DNA of 58,965 nt, taken from NCBI GenBank assembly GCA_964547515.1, contig CAZJOA010000001.1, positions 1 to 58,965 on the forward strand, given 5' to 3'. Under the pieces are notes generated by a model. That model saw only the letters and a program-made list of their open reading frames with translations. It did no database searches and was not told where the DNA came from. Within the stretch, counting starts at the first letter, position 1. Every line of letters starts with the position of its first letter. The DNA is from an uncultured Faecalibacterium sp. Its GTDB lineage: Bacteria; Bacillota; Clostridia; Christensenellales; Aristaeellaceae. Shown here one piece after another: positions 9,778 to 17,956 of this stretch. The position numbers and the translations under genes are program-made.

Positions 9778-10038
9778 GTTGCAACACTCCCCTCTAAAAT
9801 TGCAGGGTGATTTGGGGGGTCAAATCCCGATTTTGCTGGTTGCATATCCCGCCGGGATGCGCGACAATGGGATCACAACAAGGCAAGGGGGCGAGACGAT
9901 GCGGACAAGACCCAGGCCGCAGGATATCAAGATACACTACCCGTGGCCGCTAAATAATACAATTATATTACGACAAAAAATGGGGAACAGAAAAGCGAAC
10001 AAAGAGAAAAAACAACAAAGGAGGATAAAACGAGACTT

Positions 10039-10191
10039 ATGACAACAAAAAAGTATATCATGAAACTGGTGGAGGCAATCGAGGACGAGGAAGAACTGAA
10101 GCTGGTGCAGGAACTGGTGCAGGGCTTCGCAGCACGAAGCCTGAACAGGAAATACATGAAGGAACGAGCTGAGGCACAAGGGAAAGAATGA
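10039..10191 (+). CDS. small hypothetical protein (50 aa) in an AT-richer spacer
   Basis: Below the ORF-track size cutoff. ATG 10039 follows AGGAGG (10018-10023). Sequence is MTTKKYIMKLVEAIEDEEELKLVQELVQGF... A terminator follows. Confidence 0.3.
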   Translation: MTTKKYIMKLVEAIEDEEELKLVQELVQGFAARSLNRKYMKERAEAQGKE

Positions 10192-10194
10192 AAA

Positions 10195-10224
10195 AGGGCG
10201 CGGCCTTAATGGCTGCGCCTTTAT
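10195..10224. terminator. bidirectional terminator between the small ORF and hicB
   Basis: AGGGCGCGGCC-TTAAT-GGCTGCGCCT stem-loop, flanked by an A-run and a T-run. Confidence 0.5.
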
Positions 10225-10226
10225 TA

Positions 10227-10658
10227 TCATCGAAGGTTCGTATGGTTCTGAACGCCTAACTGACTCATCAGAGCGGACTGGAGCACCTGAGAGAAGTTGA
10301 CCTGCTTTTCCAACGCAAGGGCATTGAGCCAGGCAGGGAGTGAAACTGTGCGGGAAACGCTCTTGTTCTGCTGACCAAGGCGAACAGAGGGCATGAACAC
10401 GTCTACCAATGTGACAACCTCATTCGACGCATGGGGAATGGTCACGACGGCGGACGGCGCGGGAATGGTATCGCCATCCTCCTCCATACCGAAAAGGACA
10501 AGGCCAAGCAGCTCACGGGCGGACAGCATTGCATCCTCATCGGTGGTGCCGCTGGTAGCAACATCCAAGTCGGGGAACACAACGGCGATTTCTTCGCCTT
10601 CCTCATAGGTAAAAATGGCGGGGTAGACGTAACGATTGGGTTTCTTCATGCATGTCAC
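10227..10658 (-). CDS. hicB: HicB antitoxin
   Basis: 143 aa. YPAIFTYEEGEEIAVVFPDL... is a HicB-type N-domain, with an RHH-like C-terminus (VSLPAWLNALALEKQVNFSQVLQSAL). Sits immediately downstream of hicA. Confidence 0.85.
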   Translation of the reverse strand: MTCMKKPNRYVYPAIFTYEEGEEIAVVFPDLDVATSGTTDEDAMLSARELLGLVLFGMEEDGDTIPAPSAVVTIPHASNEVVTLVDVFMPSVRLGQQNKSVSRTVSLPAWLNALALEKQVNFSQVLQSALMSQLGVQNHTNLR

Positions 10659-10688
10659 ATCCTTTCAAGGCGTTAGGGGGTGCGGGGC

Positions 10689-10886
10689 TTAGCGAAAGCG
10701 AAGCCCCGACTGGCGCTCGATGCTGTCAAGCGTTTTACGAGGGATGTCCTTATCCGGGTGCTTGACTGTGACAGTCCCCGGCTTCGTCGGGTGCTTGAAC
10801 TGGTGATGACTTCCTGCTGTGCGGACAAGATACCACCCATCATCCTCAAGCAAGCGGAGAACCTCCCTTGAGGAATAGCTCCTCAT
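10689..10886 (-). CDS. hicA: HicA mRNA-interferase toxin
   Basis: 65 aa. SSREVLRLLEDDGWYLVRTAGSHHQFKHP..PG.VTVKHP is a classic HicA signature. Confidence 0.9.
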   Translation of the reverse strand: MRSYSSREVLRLLEDDGWYLVRTAGSHHQFKHPTKPGTVTVKHPDKDIPRKTLDSIERQSGLRFR

Positions 10887-10910
10887 TGGTATGCACCCCC
10901 TAACGAGTCA

Positions 10911-10939
10911 ATTATAACACATAGAATAATATGTGTCAA
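10911..10939 (-). promoter_or_regulatory. hicAB promoter with embedded palindromic operator
   Basis: On the minus strand: TTGACA (10934-10939), 17 nt, TATAAT (10911-10916). The inverted repeat ACACATA-N6-TATGTGT lies in the spacer. Confidence 0.55.
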
Positions 10940-10942
10940 CGC

Positions 10943-10966
10943 ACAAAAAGACCGCCGAAGCGGCCT
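10943..10966 (-). terminator. terminator of the cI-like repressor gene
   Basis: Minus strand: GGCCGC-TTCG-GCGGTC followed by TTTTTGTG. Confidence 0.6.
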
Positions 10967-10969
10967 TTT

Positions 10970-11314
10970 TTAGTCGTCCAGGATGCGCTGGACAAGATCG
11001 TTGATGTGCTGGAAGTCCTCGACGGTCAGGCGGGGCAGCAGCCGTTCCAGTGCGGCCTTCACGGCGGGCATGTCACGCAGCGCGATCTCCAGCGCAGGGA
11101 CAAGCCCTTCCTTGTATGGCACGCCCTCGCCCGTTTCCAGCCAGACCTCGTTGACGTTGAACTTCTGACAGATCAGCATGCGAATGGATTTGTCAGGGAC
11201 AACTGTGCCGGTTTCATAGGTAGTAATCATTTTCTGAGAAGCACCTATCATACTGCCGAATTCTGTCTGATTCAGTTTGAGGTCTTTTCTGATCTTTCGG
11301 ATACGGTTCTGCAT
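10970..11314 (-). CDS. XRE/cI-like HTH repressor
   Basis: 114 aa. IRKIRKDLKLNQTEFGSMIGASQKMITTYETG is an XRE-type HTH. Divergent from an early rightward promoter. Confidence 0.8.
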   Translation of the reverse strand: MQNRIRKIRKDLKLNQTEFGSMIGASQKMITTYETGTVVPDKSIRMLICQKFNVNEVWLETGEGVPYKEGLVPALEIALRDMPAVKAALERLLPRLTVEDFQHINDLVQRILDD

Positions 11315-11356
11315 TTTATCACCTCCTCACGAAGAGTATAGCACAAAAAGATTATT

Positions 11357-11427
11357 CCTGCAAGGATAAAATTATTTAAAAATTGTCTTGACAAGGATAA
11401 AATGACGTGTTATTATATCCTTGCAAG
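11357..11427 (+). promoter_or_regulatory. genetic-switch region: rightward promoter plus three operator copies
   Basis: TTGACA (11388-11393), 17 nt, TATTAT (11411-11416). GCAAGGATA occurs at 11360-11368, ACAAGGATA at 11391-11399, and inverted (TATCCTTGC) at 11417-11425. Confidence 0.55.
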
Positions 11428-11465
11428 CATAAAACACGACCGAAAGTTATCAGGGAGGTGAAGGC

Positions 11466-11690
11466 ATGGCGAGAACATATGCTGTCCAGATGCTTGAGCA
11501 ACTGGACAAGTGCATTCTCAGCCGGATCGGCGAGGAAGGGCGGCTAAATGTACTGAACGCGATCATGAAGGAAACGGGATGCGTTGGGGAGCTGCCGAAA
11601 ACGTGCCAGGAGACTGGAAAGCCGACAAGAGCTGCGGAGGAGTACTACAGGTGCTTCAAGCAGGTGCTGAAGATGGCGGGAGAAGCGTGA
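11466..11690 (+). CDS. hypothetical early protein (Cro position)
   Basis: 74 aa. GGGAGGTG RBS. First gene of the rightward transcript. No motif recognised. Confidence 0.5.
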   Translation: MARTYAVQMLEQLDKCILSRIGEEGRLNVLNAIMKETGCVGELPKTCQETGKPTRAAEEYYRCFKQVLKMAGEA

Positions 11691-11919
11691 AGCACTGGGC
11701 ATCGTCCGCCGAGTAGTCAAGGCCATTCAGCCGGAGGGTCACATAGGCACAGCAGCGGGAACAGGTGCTGCATCCGCTCATGTGTTCGCAGCCGTTGCAA
11801 GGAAGGAAGAAAGGTTTGCCGTCCTCCTGGATGAAGAACGGAGTGAAAACGGTGAAAGGCTTCCCGGAAGAAAAGGGGCAGAGAACAAGATTATGGGCGG
11901 TGCGGAGACGAGAATCCAT
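11656..11919 (-). CDS. hypothetical Cys-rich protein
   Basis: 87 aa. CNGCEHMSGCSTCSRCC cluster. AAAGGA RBS upstream. Coding status uncertain. Confidence 0.3.
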   Translation of the reverse strand: MDSRLRTAHNLVLCPFSSGKPFTVFTPFFIQEDGKPFFLPCNGCEHMSGCSTCSRCCAYVTLRLNGLDYSADDAQCFTLLPPSSAPA

Positions 11920-11960
11920 TAGAAATCATCCTTTCATTGTGTTATGAGGGAGGTGAGTCA

Positions 11961-12110
11961 GTGAAGCCAATGAGCCACTACGGCGGCTGCGACAGATGCG
12001 AGGATTGCCCCAAGTATCGAAAGTGCTACTTCCACAACCTTGCGTTTCATGTGGTGATGGGATTCGCGTGCGGCCTGATCGGCGCGCTGGTCACGATCAA
12101 ACTTGGCTGA
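11961..12110 (+). CDS. small Cys-rich protein with C-terminal TM helix (49 aa)
   Basis: GTG start after GAGGGAGGTG. CDRCEDCPKYRKC followed by VVMGFACGLIGALVTI. High third-position GC supports coding on the plus strand. Confidence 0.3.
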   Translation: MKPMSHYGGCDRCEDCPKYRKCYFHNLAFHVVMGFACGLIGALVTIKLG

Positions 12111-12377
12111 CCGGTAGGCAGCAAAGCCGTCCGGGGTGATGTGCTGGTCGGAGGATTTGCAATAGATCCAACCGGCATCGATGGCCTCACGCAGGAGGGT
12201 AGGCTATCCTGAGATGGCGGTAACATCCTCAACATGGAAGCGGCCGCTACGAGTCGCAAGGCCAACAACCTTGCTCATGAAGGCAAACATCTCATCATTC
12301 ACAGGGATCACCCTTTCAACATTTTCCTTATCATACCACGCCAACAAGGCGAACGGCAACCGAACGGAGGTGACAAC

Positions 12378-12521
12378 ATGTCCAACACTTGCAAAGACCA
12401 GGCAATGGAAAAGCTGGCCGAGCTGATCAGCAAGTGCCCGGAAGAAAAGAAGCGCGACGTGGAGCTCTTTATGATGGGCTACCTGACGGCACTGGAAAGC
12501 GCGACCAAGAAGCCCGCATAA
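12378..12521 (+). CDS. small hypothetical protein (47 aa)
   Basis: ATG 12378 after GGAGG (12366-12370). Sequence is MSNTCKDQAMEKLAELISKCPEEKKRDVELFMMGYL... Confidence 0.4.
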   Translation: MSNTCKDQAMEKLAELISKCPEEKKRDVELFMMGYLTALESATKKPA

Positions 12522-12557
12522 CCGACACGACCAACAGACAGAAAGGAATGGAACACG

Positions 12558-12782
12558 ATGAACAAGATCAAACTCCCCAACTACAGCAAGTCCCGTTCTG
12601 ACAACCCCGGCGTGATCCGTGTGAGCACGGGCATCTACGACCAGCTCAACGAGCTCTCCAAGATGACGCGCTGGCCGATCAAGACCCTTGCAGACAAGCT
12701 GCTGACCGAGGCCCTCAAGAACGTCGAGCTGGTCGAGTGCAAGCTGTACAACATGGAGATGAAGGAGGACGAGGACGAATGA
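12558..12782 (+). CDS. small putative DNA-binding protein (RHH-like)
   Basis: 74 aa. VIRVSTGIYDQLNELSKMTRWPIKTLADKLLTEAL fits a strand-helix-helix pattern. Acidic tail. Confidence 0.5.
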   Translation: MNKIKLPNYSKSRSDNPGVIRVSTGIYDQLNELSKMTRWPIKTLADKLLTEALKNVELVECKLYNMEMKEDEDE

Positions 12783-12985
12783 ACATGGTCGGAAGCAGCA
12801 GCAACCGCATCCACCGGCAGGGCAACAGCATCCCGGCAAACGAAACACGCTGGATCGTCCCGGTCAGGCCGTACACGCCCCCGAAGCACTCCATGGAGCG
12901 GTTTGAAAATGCCGTCCTGATGGGGGCTGGCGTTGCAGTCGTGATCTTCTCGTTCGCCGTGATGGTGATGGCTGAGATGATGTAA
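12779..12985 (+). CDS. small membrane protein
   Basis: ATGA overlap with the preceding stop. C-terminal TM helix (LMGAGVAVVIFSFAVMVMA). Confidence 0.4.
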   Translation: MNMVGSSSNRIHRQGNSIPANETRWIVPVRPYTPPKHSMERFENAVLMGAGVAVVIFSFAVMVMAEMM

Positions 12986-13199
12986 CGGGGCATCCGCCCC
13001 GCATGCGGCGACCAGGGACAGGCATCGTCTCCCCCGATGGCCTGACGGAGGTGCAACCCCTCCGCGCCGCACCACTGCTGCGCTGGCATGTGCGCAGCAG
13101 GTATCCTCCTTAGGGCTATAAGCCCGAGGCGATGGGGTCTAACCTCTTACCCCATGCCGCCCACCTGCGCGGTCTTATGCGTCAAAGGTGGGCTATCAC

Positions 13200-13270
13200 G
13201 CCGGATTAGCTCAATCGGCAGAGCCACCTCAATATGGAGGACGATACAGGTTCGACCCCTGTATCCGGCA
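13200..13270 (+). tRNA. tRNA-like gene with non-canonical anticodon arm (pseudo-tRNA or specialised tRNA-like RNA)
   Basis: Perfect 7-bp acceptor stem GCCGGAT/ATCCGGC. D arm GCTC-AATCGGCA-GAGC. T arm ACAGG-TTCGACC-CCTGT. The anticodon arm is only CCTC-AATATG-GAGG (4 bp, 6-nt loop), and the total length is 71 nt. Confidence 0.45.
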
Positions 13271-13331
13271 CAAAAAAATAGTCCGCCGGGGACACGACTT
13301 CCCGACGGACAGAAAGGAATGGATATAACAA

Positions 13332-13598
13332 ATGGATGATAACACGAAAAACAACTCCTGTCAAGCCCCTTCCATGGCTGACCTTGCAGGGATGCTTTGC
13401 GTCTTTCTTTGCCCGGCAGACGTTGCCGGTGTGCTGGGATGCACGCCCTACAGCATCAGCAAGGCTGCTGAGACCGAAGAAGGCCGTAAGGGTCTGGGTT
13501 TCCCGGTGATCCGCATCGGCACCAGGACAAAGATCCCGCGCATCCCCTTCCTGCGTTTCCTGGGCTGGGAAGGTCCTGTCGGCAAAATCGGAGCTTGA
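13332..13598 (+). CDS. excisionase-like / MerR-type HTH protein
   Basis: 88 aa. ...LGCTPYSISKAAE...FPVIRIGTRTKIPRIPFLRFLG resembles Xis-family winged HTH proteins. Confidence 0.5.
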   Translation: MDDNTKNNSCQAPSMADLAGMLCVFLCPADVAGVLGCTPYSISKAAETEEGRKGLGFPVIRIGTRTKIPRIPFLRFLGWEGPVGKIGA

Positions 13599-13612
13599 AA
13601 GGAGCAATCAAC

Positions 13613-14581
13613 ATGATCACCAAGGTATCCATCGCGGACATGGACAAGGCCGCATGGCTCGAAGAGCGCAAGAAGACCATCGGCGGCAGCGAGATCGGCG
13701 CGATTCTCGGCATGAACCCCTGGCAGAGCGCCTACAGCCTGTGGGCGGAGCGCACCGGCCGCATCCCCGCATTCGGCGGAAACCTCCAGACCGAATTCGG
13801 CACCTTCATGGAGGAATTCGTCGCTCAGCTTTTCGAGAAGCAGAGCGGCAAGCGCGTACAGCGAACCAACTTCATCTACCGCAACGACAAGTACCCCATC
13901 CTGCATTCGTCCCCTGACCGCCTGCTGGTCGGCGAGGACGCAGGGCTGGAAATCAAGACCACCAGCGCATACAACGCCCCCAAGTTCAAGGGTGAGGAAT
14001 TCCCGGGGCAGTATTACGCACAGGCCGTGCAGTACATGGCTGTCACGGAGCGCCGACAGTGGTACATCGCCGTGCTGATCGGAAACTCCGACTTCCGCAT
14101 CTACCATCTGCACCGCGATCCGGGCGTACCCAAGCCCGACTTCTGCATCACCTCCCTGCTGGTGGAGGACAGCGAGATCGAAGCCCTGTACAATGCCGCG
14201 CAGGACTTCATGCACTGCCTGGAGCTGGATGTTCCCCCGGCCATGGACGGCAGTGAGGCCACAGACGACGCGCTGAAGGAGGTTTTCGGTTTCTCCAACG
14301 GCGAGACCATCAAGCTTTACGGCCGCGACGGCATGGTGGAGCGCTGGCTCGACCTGAACAAGCAGATCAAGGCGCTGGAGGCAGAGCAGGAGACCATCAA
14401 GCACACGCTGTGCGCGGATCTGGGCGAGAACGAAGTCGGCACTGCCGGTGCGCACAAGGTCACCTGGAAGTTCAAAGCCGGGGCGAAGCGCTTTGACGCG
14501 AAGAAGGCCGTCAGCGAACACCCGGAGCTGGTCAGCTACTACACCGAAGGCAAGCCCACGCGAGTCTTCAGCATCAAATAA
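13613..14581 (+). CDS. YqaJ-like recombination exonuclease
   Basis: AWLEERKKTIGGSEIGAILGMNPWQSAYSLWAERTG is a YqaJ signature. ATG 13613 after AAAGGAG. Paired with recT. Confidence 0.85.
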   Translation: MITKVSIADMDKAAWLEERKKTIGGSEIGAILGMNPWQSAYSLWAERTGRIPAFGGNLQTEFGTFMEEFVAQLFEKQSGKRVQRTNFIYRNDKYPILHSSPDRLLVGEDAGLEIKTTSAYNAPKFKGEEFPGQYYAQAVQYMAVTERRQWYIAVLIGNSDFRIYHLHRDPGVPKPDFCITSLLVEDSEIEALYNAAQDFMHCLELDVPPAMDGSEATDDALKEVFGFSNGETIKLYGRDGMVERWLDLNKQIKALEAEQETIKHTLCADLGENEVGTAGAHKVTWKFKAGAKRFDAKKAVSEHPELVSYYTEGKPTRVFSIK

Positions 14582-14594
14582 GGAGGACGAAGAA

Positions 14595-15431
14595 ATGCCT
14601 ACCACCATCGCAAAGGCCGCGGAAAAGCGCACGGAAGCGCCCGTGACCACCGTCACGCAGCAGAAGAAGCCCGTCACCCTGCAGGACTACGTTCAGCGCA
14701 TGAGCGGCCAGATCAAGATGGCCCTGCCTGCGAACCTGACCCCGGAGCGCTTTCAGCGCATCGTGCTGACGGCCATTTCCAGCAACGCCAAGTTGCAGGA
14801 ATGCACACCCACGTCCTTCCTTGGCGCGATGATGACCGCCGCACAGCTCGGTATCGAACCCAACACGCCCCTGGGGCAGGGTTATCTGCTCCCCCGGCGC
14901 AACGGCAAGACCGGCCAGACAGAATGCCAGTTCCAGCTCGGCTACAAGGGCCTGATCGACCTTGCCTACCGCAGCGGCAACATCTCCAACATCGGCGCGT
15001 ACACCGTGTACGCCAACGACGATTTTCACGTCCAGTATGGCCTTGACCCGACCATCAACCACACCCCCTGTCTGAAGGCAGACCGCGGCGACCCCATCGC
15101 CTTCTACGCCTACTACAAGACCAAGGACGGCGGATTTGGTTTCGAGGTCATGGGGGTGGAGGAAGTCCGTGCTCACGCAAAGCGTTTCAGCGACGCAGTG
15201 AAGAAGGGCTGGTCCTCCCCCTGGGACACCAACTTTGAAGAGATGGCCAAGAAGACCGTGCTCAAGAAGGTTTTGAAGTACGCACCCATCTCCACCGAAG
15301 TCGGCGGGAAGGTTGCCATGGACGAGAGCGTGCACGACACCATCAGCGCGGACATGGTTAGTGAGCCGATCACCTACATCGTCGAGGAGACCGGCGAGAT
15401 CATCAATGACAACGGCGGTGAAAACGCATGA
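14595..15431 (+). CDS. recT: RecT single-strand annealing protein
   Basis: ATG 14595 after AGGAGG (14581). ...ERFQRIVLTAISSNAKLQECTPTSFLGAMMTAAQLGIEPN... is typical RecT. Confidence 0.9.
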   Translation: MPTTIAKAAEKRTEAPVTTVTQQKKPVTLQDYVQRMSGQIKMALPANLTPERFQRIVLTAISSNAKLQECTPTSFLGAMMTAAQLGIEPNTPLGQGYLLPRRNGKTGQTECQFQLGYKGLIDLAYRSGNISNIGAYTVYANDDFHVQYGLDPTINHTPCLKADRGDPIAFYAYYKTKDGGFGFEVMGVEEVRAHAKRFSDAVKKGWSSPWDTNFEEMAKKTVLKKVLKYAPISTEVGGKVAMDESVHDTISADMVSEPITYIVEETGEIINDNGGENA

Positions 15432-15922
15432 TCCTGCTGGAAGACACCCGCAATCAGGCTGGAAAGCACAAGAACATCAAAAAGCAGATCGAGGCCATGG
15501 GGCACAAGATCGCCCGGTCAAAGCTCTACGTCGGCGACTACCAGCTTGCCAACAACGGCAGCGTCTGCGTGGACACCAAGTCCGGCGTGCTGGAGCTGGC
15601 CATGGACATCTGCCGAGACCACAGGCGTTTTTCTGCAGAGTGCAAAAAGGCACAGGAGGCAGGAATCCGGCTCGTCATCCTGACCGAGGAGGCACTGCCT
15701 CCCGGCGGGCTGGCGGGCTGGAAGTCCCCCGTTTGGCACACCACCACCGACAGGCACAAAGCTGGAGAACCCATCAGCAAGGTCAGCCCGGAGACGCTTT
15801 TCAAGGCGATCCACACCATGTCCAGCAGGTACGGAGTCGAGTTTCACTTCTGCCACAAGGACGAAACCGGCAAGTGCCTGATGGACATCCTGACAGGAGG
15901 CGACAACCATGACGGTCCGTGA
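15428..15922 (+). CDS. ERCC4-type nuclease-like protein (possible junction resolvase)
   Basis: 164 aa. LYVGDYQL...VCVDTKSGVLELAMDI resembles the GDY...ERKS..D motif. Confidence 0.45.
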   Translation: MILLEDTRNQAGKHKNIKKQIEAMGHKIARSKLYVGDYQLANNGSVCVDTKSGVLELAMDICRDHRRFSAECKKAQEAGIRLVILTEEALPPGGLAGWKSPVWHTTTDRHKAGEPISKVSPETLFKAIHTMSSRYGVEFHFCHKDETGKCLMDILTGGDNHDGP

Positions 15923-16532
15923 CGCTGCACCGATCATCAAAAAGGCCGTGACGAGCCGTCAGGTCGTCGAGTTTTACGGTTTCCAGCCCAACAGGGCAGG
16001 GTACATCCGCTACCCATTCCACGGCGAAAAAACCGCGTCGCTGAAGGTGCACAAGTCCGGCTGGTACTGCTACGGTTGCCATCAGGGTGGAGACGCAGTC
16101 GAATTCATCCGCCTGTACGAGAACTGCAGCTTTTACACCGCTGTCCGCAAGGCTGACGAGTACTTTTCCCTTGGGCTGGTCAAGGCCGAGAAGATCACCC
16201 TGGACGGCATTTATGCCGCAAAGGAAGCGGAAAAGCGCAAGCGTGATGAGGAACGCGCCCTCAGCATTACAAAGACGGCCTTTCTGGCGCTTCTGGATCG
16301 TGACTGGCGGGATTGCTGGGCTTTTTACAAAGACGCTCACAGCACCCCGAAAGACGCGAGAAATGCAACCCAATGGTGGAACATGGCCATTGCAGAAGAC
16401 ACCATGAAGACCATCGACTACTTCGAGGGGCTGGTGGAGGAGGCCGGGAGCGTCAGCGAGGTCAACGAGCTGATGGCAAGGTACGACAGGGGGGTGCTCC
16501 GCGATGATGCCGGATTTGTCATCGGTGCATAA
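15909..16532 (+). CDS. CHC2 zinc-finger primase-like protein
   Basis: 207 aa. YPFHGEKTASLKVHKSGWYCYGCHQGGDAVEFI is a DnaG-type CHC2 zinc finger. Confidence 0.75.
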   Translation: MTVRDAAPIIKKAVTSRQVVEFYGFQPNRAGYIRYPFHGEKTASLKVHKSGWYCYGCHQGGDAVEFIRLYENCSFYTAVRKADEYFSLGLVKAEKITLDGIYAAKEAEKRKRDEERALSITKTAFLALLDRDWRDCWAFYKDAHSTPKDARNATQWWNMAIAEDTMKTIDYFEGLVEEAGSVSEVNELMARYDRGVLRDDAGFVIGA

Positions 16533-17745
16533 CAGCGCATCCATGCCGACGTACAAGCCGACCATTCAGACCTTCCTGAGCCTGCTGCAGGACACCTTCT
16601 CCGACAGCGTGCGCTTCAACGCGCTCACCGGCAAGGCTGAACAGCTTTCCGGCGGCAAGTGGGTCCCATGGAAGGATGCAGACGATTCAGCCGTGCGCCT
16701 CTACTTCCAGTCCACCTACGGACTGAGCCACCGCGCGAACCTGGACGACGCTTTCCGCGTTTTCCTCCGCACACGCACGGTGGATCCGCTGGTGGAGATG
16801 CTGGACAAGCTGGAATGGGACGGCGAATCCCGGATCACCAACTGCCTGCACCGCCTGACAGGATGCGAGGACACGCCCTACAGCAGGGAAGTCAGCCGGT
16901 TGGTTTTCGCTGGCGGCATTCACCGCGCTTACAATCCCGGATGCAAATTCGACGACGTGCCGGTGCTGGTAGGCCGTCAGGGCGGAGGCAAATCCTCGCT
17001 GGTCCGCACGCTGGCCATGCAGGACGAGTTCTTCAAGGAGGTCAAGACCTTTGAGGGGCGAGAGGGCATCGAGGCGCTTAACGGCGGCTGGATCATCGAG
17101 ATCCCCGAGATGCTGGCCACGGCGCGCGCCAAGGAAGTCGAGCTGGTCAAGGCTTACATTACCCGGCAGGTGGACTCAGCACGGGCAGCCTACGCCAAGT
17201 ACGTCGAGGACCTTCCGCGGCGATGCATCTTCATCGGCACAACCAACAGCCCCAACTTCCTGGCCGACAAGACCGGCAACAGACGCTTCTACCCCATCAT
17301 CTGCAAGCTCAGCGGATATGAGTTTTTTGACCACATCGAGGAGCACAAGGCATACGTCCGGCAGTGCTGGGCTGAGGCCAAGGTGCTTTATGAGCGCGGC
17401 GAACTCAAACCATACGCAAGCATGGATCTGCTGGCCGACATCCGCGAACAGCAGAAGAGCGCAGAGGAGGACGACCCCCGAGAAGGCCTGATCCGCGCAT
17501 ACTGCGAGCGGCTGCCGGTTGGCGCCAAGGTCAGCGTGCTGGAGCTTTGGGTGAGGGCACTGCGGCAGGACGCTTCCATCAGGATGCCGACGCGCAGCGA
17601 TTCGCGAGATATTGGCAACATCATGGTGGCGCTCCCCGGCTGGGAGAAGATGGGCAAGACTTTCAGGAGCCCCGATTTCGGTGTGCAGAAGGGCTTCATA
17701 AAGGTCTTCCAGGCGGTTGAAAGACCGCCCGACTGCCCGTTTTAA
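16504..17745 (+). CDS. VirE/VapE-family P-loop replication protein
   Basis: 413 aa. VLVGRQGGGKSS (Walker A), GGWIIEIPEM, RRCIFIGTTN..FLADKTGNRRFYPI. Confidence 0.8.
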   Translation: MMPDLSSVHNSASMPTYKPTIQTFLSLLQDTFSDSVRFNALTGKAEQLSGGKWVPWKDADDSAVRLYFQSTYGLSHRANLDDAFRVFLRTRTVDPLVEMLDKLEWDGESRITNCLHRLTGCEDTPYSREVSRLVFAGGIHRAYNPGCKFDDVPVLVGRQGGGKSSLVRTLAMQDEFFKEVKTFEGREGIEALNGGWIIEIPEMLATARAKEVELVKAYITRQVDSARAAYAKYVEDLPRRCIFIGTTNSPNFLADKTGNRRFYPIICKLSGYEFFDHIEEHKAYVRQCWAEAKVLYERGELKPYASMDLLADIREQQKSAEEDDPREGLIRAYCERLPVGAKVSVLELWVRALRQDASIRMPTRSDSRDIGNIMVALPGWEKMGKTFRSPDFGVQKGFIKVFQAVERPPDCPF

Positions 17746-17764
17746 GCGGAATTCTGCCGTTTTT

Positions 17765-17925
17765 GTAACCTAAGAGCGATTTGGCAAAAATTGGGGTTAC
17801 ACTCGAAAGCCGGTAAAATCAAGGGGTTTACCCTAATGTAACCTATTTTTAGATGTAACTATAAAAATATAAAATATAAATATATATATAGAGTGGGAAA
17901 GGGGGTCCGGAGCTTTACAAGTTAC
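17765..17925. repeat. putative replication origin: GTAAC(C/T) iterons flanking an AT-rich tract
   Basis: GTAACC at 17765 and 17838, GGTTAC at 17795, GTAACT at 17855, GTTAC at 17921. A nearly pure A/T tract lies at 17844-17891 within otherwise GC-rich DNA. Located directly 3' of the VirE gene. Confidence 0.45.
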
Positions 17926-17956
17926 GGCCCCGAGGACAGAAAGGAGGTGAAAAGGC

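Noticed and set aside
11958-12302. A minus-strand frame reads ...MSKVVGLATRSGRFHVEDVTAISG-TAG-PTLLREAIDAGWIYCKSSDQHITPDGFAAY... This would be a second in-frame stop (TAG at 12204-12206) in the element, hinting at stop-codon readthrough or recoding.
   Set aside because: The frame stays open only as part of a long antisense ORF. Its downstream part overlaps a plus-strand small ORF (11961-12110) that has a better third-position GC bias. No start or RBS can be fixed with confidence. The peptide around the TAG does look protein-like, so a point-mutated small gene remains possible, but I cannot support it from sequence alone.
13200-13270. The idea that the odd tRNA-like gene is a suppressor tRNA explaining the in-frame TAA in the integrase (and the possible TAG at 12204).
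   Set aside because: No TTA, CTA or TCA triplet can be placed at anticodon positions in any reasonable fold. The two stops are of different types. The same element also shows frameshifts and truncations, so plain decay is the simpler explanation.
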